From Candidatus Latescibacterota bacterium (GTDB taxonomy: Bacteria > Latescibacterota > UBA2968), in the NCBI GenBank assembly GCA_965205975.1, contig OZ242195.1:1248001-1312000 (forward strand): a stretch of DNA of 64,000 nucleotides, written 5' to 3'. The notes beneath the pieces are model-generated. The model was not told where the DNA came from, searched no databases, and saw only the letters and a list, made by a program, of their open reading frames with translations. This document shows, piece after piece, positions 58,488-64,000 of the stretch. How positions within the stretch are numbered: the first letter of the stretch is position 1; each line of letters begins with the position of its first letter. Made by a program: the position numbers and the translations under genes.

Positions 58488-59902
58488 TTGAAATAATTGA
58501 GGCCGGTGTTTTCAATCCGCAGCAATTGCGTCTTGCCAGTCTGTATCGAGTTTCAAGTGCTTGTGCAGTGCGCGCCTGAGCCTGGGTAGGCTTTTGTAGC
58601 CTTTGACCCTTCGCAATCGGGGTTCAATGTCCAGCAGAGCGGTGGCTAACCATCTCCTGCGTTGATTCGAGTTTGTCCATCTCTTCACATTTCGTGTGAT
58701 TTGTGCGACCATTGAGTTTATGGACTCAATGCAGTTTGTCGTACGAAAGGACTGCTTCAAGTGCGGCATCAGTCCGAGGCGATGCAAGGAAAGGGTTTCT
58801 TCTATTCCTTCTTCAAGGCTGGAGAGCGCGTCTTCGTTGATCAAGGCCAATTCCGCTTTGAGGGATAAGAGTGCCATTTTAGCATCTTTGTAGGTGGGCT
58901 GGTCGTAGGCATTTTGTAGGGCCTTTTTGATCTGATCCTGTTTATTTTTAGGCAGATAGGAAAGCACGTTCTCTCTCTTGTGCCACTGACAACGTTGGAT
59001 GACCACGTAACCGTCCAATGCCTTTGTAAGGGCAGCATACAAGCCTTTTGAGCCGTCAATAAGACACAGCAGGCCCTTGTGATAGACCAAGCCACGATTG
59101 ATGAGAGACTGTATAAACTGCCGACAGACGCGTTCGTTCTCAGTGGCAGCCTGGACAAAGCCTATTGGGATTTTGTGCCCTTCTATCGTCACGCCCAGAG
59201 CAATGATCATCTCTTGGTCTGCAAAGGTCTTGCCATCTATAAAGAGGGCAACCAAGTCATACTGCGATAGAGAGCGTTCACGGAACTGCTTCAGCTTTTG
59301 TGCCGACGCCTTGATAAAACGTCTCGATACCGTTGATGAGGACAGCCCAAAGGCTTTCGGGATCGCCTCAGCGCAGGCTTGATAAGACCGAGTCGCAATG
59401 CCTTTGATCACGCGAAGGAGCAGCCCTTCATCCATACGTCTGGGAACTTGGAGGTGATGATAGGTCTCAAGGCAGACTTCCTCATCCCTCTCCACATTAC
59501 GTACCCTCGGTACAGAGATCGGCACTTTTTGATCGGCCAGATACACAGACCCTTGTTGACTGCCCCACCGACGATTGGGGTTTTCGGTGTCTTTGCGACT
59601 GTATCTGTCCCCGGCCAAGCGGCTCACTTCCTCCTGCAATTCTTCTGCCACGGCGTCTAATCCTAATGGGATCAAGGCCTGGATCAGCGCGATGCGGGTA
59701 TCCAGTGCGCCCAGTTCCTCTTCAACGGGTGTATCAAACGTTGCATCGCCTTTGTGGATTGCCTTGACTTTGGGGGCTTTGTGCGATACTTTTTTCATCA
59801 CGGGCTCCTTTGGTTGTGGACACAGCGTTTTCACGGTTTGAATCTGCTGTCTCCAATTTACATTGGAGCCTCTACTATTTCAACTAATATAAGGACAACA
59901 CC
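58469..59902 (-). mobile_element. IS256-family insertion sequence (1434 bp)
   Basis: Imperfect 27-bp terminal inverted repeats GGTCAAGTCCTATATTTAGTTGAAATA / GGTGTTGTCCTTATATTAGTTGAAATA (20/27) flanking the transposase; no target duplication seen. Confidence 0.88.
58512..59798 (-). CDS. IS256-family (Mutator-like) DDE transposase
   Basis: VPRVR, GLSSSTVSR, FIDG, IDGSKGL, QRCQWHK, RTTNCIESIN; RBS AAGGAG. Confidence 0.93.
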   Translation of the reverse strand: MKKVSHKAPKVKAIHKGDATFDTPVEEELGALDTRIALIQALIPLGLDAVAEELQEEVSRLAGDRYSRKDTENPNRRWGSQQGSVYLADQKVPISVPRVRNVERDEEVCLETYHHLQVPRRMDEGLLLRVIKGIATRSYQACAEAIPKAFGLSSSTVSRRFIKASAQKLKQFRERSLSQYDLVALFIDGKTFADQEMIIALGVTIEGHKIPIGFVQAATENERVCRQFIQSLINRGLVYHKGLLCLIDGSKGLYAALTKALDGYVVIQRCQWHKRENVLSYLPKNKQDQIKKALQNAYDQPTYKDAKMALLSLKAELALINEDALSSLEEGIEETLSLHRLGLMPHLKQSFRTTNCIESINSMVAQITRNVKRWTNSNQRRRWLATALLDIEPRLRRVKGYKSLPRLRRALHKHLKLDTDWQDAIAAD

Positions 59903-59926
59903 GAAATTGGTATATCTCTTGGGGTT

Positions 59927-60652
59927 ATGGCAGAAAAACATCTCAAAGAAGTAGCAGAAGAAGAGGCTTTATTTTGGGGGAAGAGTCTAAAAAGGGAGAC
60001 ATCTGAGGGGTATTTGAATTTTCTTAAAAGTCTCAAGAGTTCAGAGGATATGTATTTGTTTGGCCCTAAAAAAGCAAGACAAAGGGAGTATATAAAGACT
60101 TTAGAAAAAATAATAAAAAACCGTAATGATGGAGTTCATGATCCATTTGAGGTAGATGAGACTCTTGCAGGAATGAAAGAGTTAATAGATGTATTTGAAG
60201 AAATAGTAACGGGTATAGAACCTGATATTGGTTACTTGTATGAGGAGTTTAGTGACTATACTCAGAGGCATTATGCCCATGGTAAGGAATATGACATTGA
60301 AGCGGGGTTTCCAGATATTGAAGATTTTATCAATAGATACTCTCCGGATTTCTTCAAAAAATTATCCAATGCGGTAGGAGAAGGGGAACAAGTAAGTTTG
60401 GCACATGAATTTTTAGATTCATTGTCTTACAGGTTAAAAGGTCAATTGCAATTTATTATAGAAGAAGAAGTATTTTATGACGATTATTTTCGTGATGATG
60501 GCGACCCAAATATGAGGCGTGTTTTTATGAGCAGGGGGGTCGGTGGTGGAAAAGATCGATTAGTCGAGAGGTTTCCGGTACCTTCCGATAAAAGGAAAGC
60601 AAGGAACAAGAGAAAAAGAATGAGGAAGAAAAGAAAAAAGAGAGGTAAATGA
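59927..60652 (+). CDS. Hypothetical protein, acidic body with very basic C-terminal tail
   Basis: 241-aa ORF, AT-rich codon usage; ends KRKARNKRKRMRKKRKKRGK. Confidence 0.65.
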   Translation: MAEKHLKEVAEEEALFWGKSLKRETSEGYLNFLKSLKSSEDMYLFGPKKARQREYIKTLEKIIKNRNDGVHDPFEVDETLAGMKELIDVFEEIVTGIEPDIGYLYEEFSDYTQRHYAHGKEYDIEAGFPDIEDFINRYSPDFFKKLSNAVGEGEQVSLAHEFLDSLSYRLKGQLQFIIEEEVFYDDYFRDDGDPNMRRVFMSRGVGGGKDRLVERFPVPSDKRKARNKRKRMRKKRKKRGK

Positions 60653-60669
60653 AAAGGGAATTATATAAC

Positions 60670-60743
60670 GGCGCAAGAAATTCTGCGATGGCTGCGGTAC
60701 TGTTCATATAGAGCGTAATCCATTGACCGGAAAGGAGTCTGGA
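60670..60743 (-). pseudogene. 74-bp scrap of a DUF4955-gene paralog
   Basis: 66/74 identical to 62577-62650; encodes SRLLSGQWITLYMNSTAAIAEFLAP. Confidence 0.75.
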
Positions 60744-60830
60744 GGTGGTGATCAGCCGCGGTATTTCCAATAAAGCCGCGTGGAACCGCTGAGAAATTTG
60801 CATTTGGATTTGTCGTCTCATATCCACAGT

Positions 60831-60866
60831 AAAAGCCCGACTTGATTAGAACAGGTCGGGCTTTTT
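60831..60866. terminator. Bidirectional terminator hairpin
   Basis: AAAAGCCCGAC...GTCGGGCTTTTT. Confidence 0.8.
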
Positions 60867-60935
60867 GTTTCTGACGCAAGATTGGGAAATCGCGTCACGT
60901 ATCCAATGCTTGCTCAAATGCCTCGATAAATGATG

Positions 60936-61388
60936 CTATTCGAAACTTTCCAATGTCAGAATTAGATGCTCTGGAAAGTCAGGAGGTAAGTTTGTTCGAT
61001 ATCGTTTTTCGCTGGTCAACCAGATACAATCAAGTTTGTTTGCCAGGACGATATAAGTCGCATCGTAAAATCCGCGATTAAAGCGGGTTGCAAAATCCAA
61101 AATTGTTTGTCGATCTTGTACGCTCAAGTCACAAAACACAATTGGCAATTCAGAGAATGTTCGATACGCTTCTATTGCTTGATCTGTTTCGATACGCTGC
61201 CTACCACTGCGCTGTGCCCGGGTGATAATGTGACCTAATTCATACTCGAGAATATGCGGTGCATAAAAAACGATCTCTTTAGCTAAGAACCGAATGAGAA
61301 ACGTCTCTGCAATATCTACCACGTCTTCGTCGTTTAAGAACCACTTAGCAGCAACTGACGCATCTAAAACGTATCTTTCATTGATCAT
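60936..61388 (-). CDS. PIN-domain (VapC) toxin
   Basis: YVLDASVAAKWF..E, P....YE, FYDATYIVLA, LTSE. Confidence 0.85.
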   Translation of the reverse strand: MINERYVLDASVAAKWFLNDEDVVDIAETFLIRFLAKEIVFYAPHILEYELGHIITRAQRSGRQRIETDQAIEAYRTFSELPIVFCDLSVQDRQTILDFATRFNRGFYDATYIVLANKLDCIWLTSEKRYRTNLPPDFPEHLILTLESFE

Positions 61389-61539
61389 TTAACCGCCTTA
61401 AAATCGAACCAGAATTTACTACCACAGGACCAATAGCTTTGCGAATCTTTTTTATTCGATTAAATAAATTTTTTTCTGGTGCGTTCAGTTTGCGAATATC
61501 GCCTCGAATGAGTGGTCGTGTTGTCATCTGTTCAGGCAT
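61378..61539 (-). CDS. Small putative antitoxin (53 aa; not in the ORF track)
   Basis: MPEQMTTRPLIRGDIRKLNAPEKNLFNRIKKIRKAIGPVVVNSGSILRRLNDQ*; RBS AAGGAG; overlaps the PIN start. Confidence 0.6.
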   Translation of the reverse strand: MPEQMTTRPLIRGDIRKLNAPEKNLFNRIKKIRKAIGPVVVNSGSILRRLNDQ

Positions 61540-61624
61540 ATTTTTTCTCCTTTGTTTTTACTAATTTACGGACTTTCCAATTATTATTCAACCTGATTAA
61601 CGATTGCCTATAATTCTGCGGATG

Positions 61625-64000
61625 CTAAAATTTCGGTGACGGAAAATCCGGTAGTGGCGTATTTCGAAACGTTTCCCACTCTGTGTGAAGGTCGTTGAGC
61701 CAGGGAGGGAGAGTGTGGAGACGCGATTCGAGTTGGGCTTCGAAGAGCGATTCTGGTTCGACTGGGCTGCCGTTAGATTCAAGGACCTGAAGGGTGCTTT
61801 CATTAAAGGTGGCGGGGTCGCCGTGCAACCCAACGATAATGGGCTGTACAAAACGATCGCGTGCATCGCCGGGTTGCCAAAAATCGTAGTGCCTCAGAAT
61901 GCCTCGATGTTTGAAATTCCAGAGCACATAATGTTTGAGGTGATTGGGATAATTGGCGAGAGACGCGCCGCTGCCATACAAGATACCGCCATTGACGCGG
62001 TCGAGCAGGCTTGCATAGGGTTGAGCGCCATGGGCGTCAATGCGTTGATCTCGACGCATGTCATAACGCCAGTACACTGTTCCGGCAGAGCGACTGTTTG
62101 TGCCCGGTCCATGCCAGTGGCCTGCGAGATCTTCTGACAGCCCGACCCATACGCCATAACCGCCATCGCTGGCAATAGATGAATGGCCCAGATTTCCCGC
62201 CTGTGTGACGTGGTACACAGATAGGGCAGAACTCGAACTGATGCGAAGGGCGCGATTGCAATTGATGAAGGATGTGCGCCGTATCCAGGAATTGACGCAT
62301 CGGGTGAGCCGGAGCAAACTCCAGCCGCCATCGTGAATGGCGTCTTTGTGGTGGACAAAATCATCCAGCCAGGTGCCGTGAAAGCTGATGTCTTCAATGC
62401 CAATTTCCTCGAGGTGCTGATATTCGCGTACGGTCCAGTTATACGTATGGTTGACATCGGTGTGCAGAGGTTCACTGAGACGAATCCGATTGCCCTGTAT
62501 TTCGGCAATGCTGTGCTTTTCTCGCACTTGAATCCCATTGGTCAGCATGGTCGTCCAGATGGATTCTGCCGAGTAGGGTGCGAGAAATTCCGAGATGGCT
62601 GCGGTGCTGTTCATATAGAGCGTAATCCGTTGACCGGGAAAGAGTCTGGAAGCATCGGCTACTGTGATATAAAAGGTTTCTCGATCGGCACTTTCCGCAA
62701 TGGACGTCAGGGTTCTATCGCTTGTGTTGCGGGGTTGAAAAATGAACATATAGGGCGATGTCCACAGTTGTTCGGGATTGAGTGGCGGCATGTAGTTCAC
62801 CTGCCGGATGATTGTGCCTCCGCTCCGGCTGCCGCTTCCTCTGAGGATGATATTGCTGTTGCGGATGTAGATGGACTGGTTATTATCGGCGTTGGTATTG
62901 ACGAGAAATTCGCCTGGGGGGAAGAAGACAATTCCGCCGTTGTTTTGCTCGGCTGCGGTAATAGCGCGTACGATAGCTGCCTGGTCGGAGAGGCCATCGT
63001 TGGGGACAGCGCCGTAAGCTGTGACGTCGAATACGTCGTCCTGGATATGGGGAACAGGTTTGTCAAAGTAGTGATAGCCCGCGTAGGAAAAATCGGGTAA
63101 AATGGGTTCTGTAGCGTTCTCTTTGGCTGCTACAAACTGTGTCCAGGTGTGTGCGGGACCACTTTGAGGTAAGTAAGATATCCAACTGCTTCGCGTTTGG
63201 ATATAATCTGCAACCTGCGCCCAAATTGGGATGGGATGTGTGCTGGAGGGGTCGCGTGAGGTGAGGAGGGATTCGGGGATTGGCACCCGAATCCTGGTTA
63301 TTCCCGCTTCAATGGTCTGTGTCAACAGGGTCTGGGTTTCTGTTCCTACCGCGATACTTAATGGTTGTGTGGTGTGATTTTCAAATGCGATGGGTATGTA
63401 CCATTGCGTGCCGTCAGATCCGAATCCAGCGACGAAAGTGAGAAAATCCCCAAAACCGATTTGTCCGTCAGAATCGAGATCGTAGAGAGGGTCGTATTCT
63501 GAATTGGTCTGCGTTGCTCCAAATTTCTGGGCAAAAAGAAGAAAATCAGTAAAGCCAACGGCTCCGTTGCCATCAAAATCGAGATGGTCAATGGGGCTTT
63601 TTTCATGTAATGGCGCGTCAATTTGCCAGGAAAAGGTCTGATCGACTGTTGCAATATGGTCAATGAACAGGCGCACATTTGAACTTTGACTGGTTTCGGT
63701 TCTAAATGTGATGTATCGCTGGTTGTAATCGGGTTCTCTTCCCCAGTTATCGTATTGGGGTTTTGCCAGTTCTATAACTGCAAGTTGCCAGCCCTGGGGC
63801 GGTGTTTGTCCTGCCCAGATCGTATATACGGCTTCCATGCCGCCGACTAGGGGATAGTTGCGAACTTTGATTTTGAGGTCCCGCAGACCATCGCCTTCTA
63901 CTTTCCACCAGAAGCTCAGGCTGTGTCTTTGGGAGATGTCCTGACCTGTGCTAAAAAAATTGTAGGTAAAGAATCCCGTCTGACCTGCAGGCAGGGAAGC
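61625..64000 (-). CDS. DUF4955 / pectate-lyase-like beta-helix protein with EF-hand/dockerin-like module (5'-partial)
   Basis: Frame stays open to the window end; DFDGNGAVGFTDFL / DLDSDGQIGFGDFL; ILPDFSYAGY, FDVTAYGAVPNDG, FFPPGEF, VLWNF, SLFEAQL. Confidence 0.85.
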   Translation of the reverse strand, partial: ASLPAGQTGFFTYNFFSTGQDISQRHSLSFWWKVEGDGLRDLKIKVRNYPLVGGMEAVYTIWAGQTPPQGWQLAVIELAKPQYDNWGREPDYNQRYITFRTETSQSSNVRLFIDHIATVDQTFSWQIDAPLHEKSPIDHLDFDGNGAVGFTDFLLFAQKFGATQTNSEYDPLYDLDSDGQIGFGDFLTFVAGFGSDGTQWYIPIAFENHTTQPLSIAVGTETQTLLTQTIEAGITRIRVPIPESLLTSRDPSSTHPIPIWAQVADYIQTRSSWISYLPQSGPAHTWTQFVAAKENATEPILPDFSYAGYHYFDKPVPHIQDDVFDVTAYGAVPNDGLSDQAAIVRAITAAEQNNGGIVFFPPGEFLVNTNADNNQSIYIRNSNIILRGSGSRSGGTIIRQVNYMPPLNPEQLWTSPYMFIFQPRNTSDRTLTSIAESADRETFYITVADASRLFPGQRITLYMNSTAAISEFLAPYSAESIWTTMLTNGIQVREKHSIAEIQGNRIRLSEPLHTDVNHTYNWTVREYQHLEEIGIEDISFHGTWLDDFVHHKDAIHDGGWSLLRLTRCVNSWIRRTSFINCNRALRISSSSALSVYHVTQAGNLGHSSIASDGGYGVWVGLSEDLAGHWHGPGTNSRSAGTVYWRYDMRRDQRIDAHGAQPYASLLDRVNGGILYGSGASLANYPNHLKHYVLWNFKHRGILRHYDFWQPGDARDRFVQPIIVGLHGDPATFNESTLQVLESNGSPVEPESLFEAQLESRLHTLPPWLNDLHTEWETFRNTPLPDFPSPKF

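Noticed and set aside
60670..62650. Diversity-generating retroelement template/variable repeat pair
   Set aside because: Mismatches are not confined to adenines on either strand, the target is mid-gene, and no reverse transcriptase is in the window.

Overview
A gene-dense 64-kb bacterial chromosomal window of moderate GC. The gene content points, by inference only, to an FCB-superphylum organism of the Latescibacterota/Gemmatimonadota type: TonB receptors with an N-terminal carboxypeptidase-like domain, a DUF6785 membrane protein, dockerin-like/cohesin/FlgD secreted modules, internalin-type LRRs and many Gfo/Idh/MocA and enolase-superfamily paralogs. Contents: a TonB receptor-BCCT transporter-TonB receptor uptake locus; many small-molecule catabolic enzymes; two orphan DNA methyltransferases; three toxin-antitoxin loci (one decayed); anmK; a ccsA-sirC-hemA-hemC...cobA/hemD tetrapyrrole cluster split by a 3.1-kb island of gene scraps; galU; mreBC; asd under a clear lysine riboswitch; a Thr-type sulfatase homolog; glaH/csiD; an IS256-family element; and a 5'-truncated DUF4955 beta-helix gene. 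No rRNA, tRNA or CRISPR array was seen. The most unusual signals are: (i) repeated 'collapsed' genes in which N- and C-termini are joined by internal deletion, with 24-30 bp IS256 transposase scraps at two junctions; (ii) an unassigned structured leader with alternative pairings upstream of the DUF6785 gene; (iii) nested REP/MITE-like repeats and a 44-bp inverted repeat pair bracketing four genes; (iv) the TonB receptor plus BCCT pairing. All family calls come from motif recognition by eye; no database searches were run.
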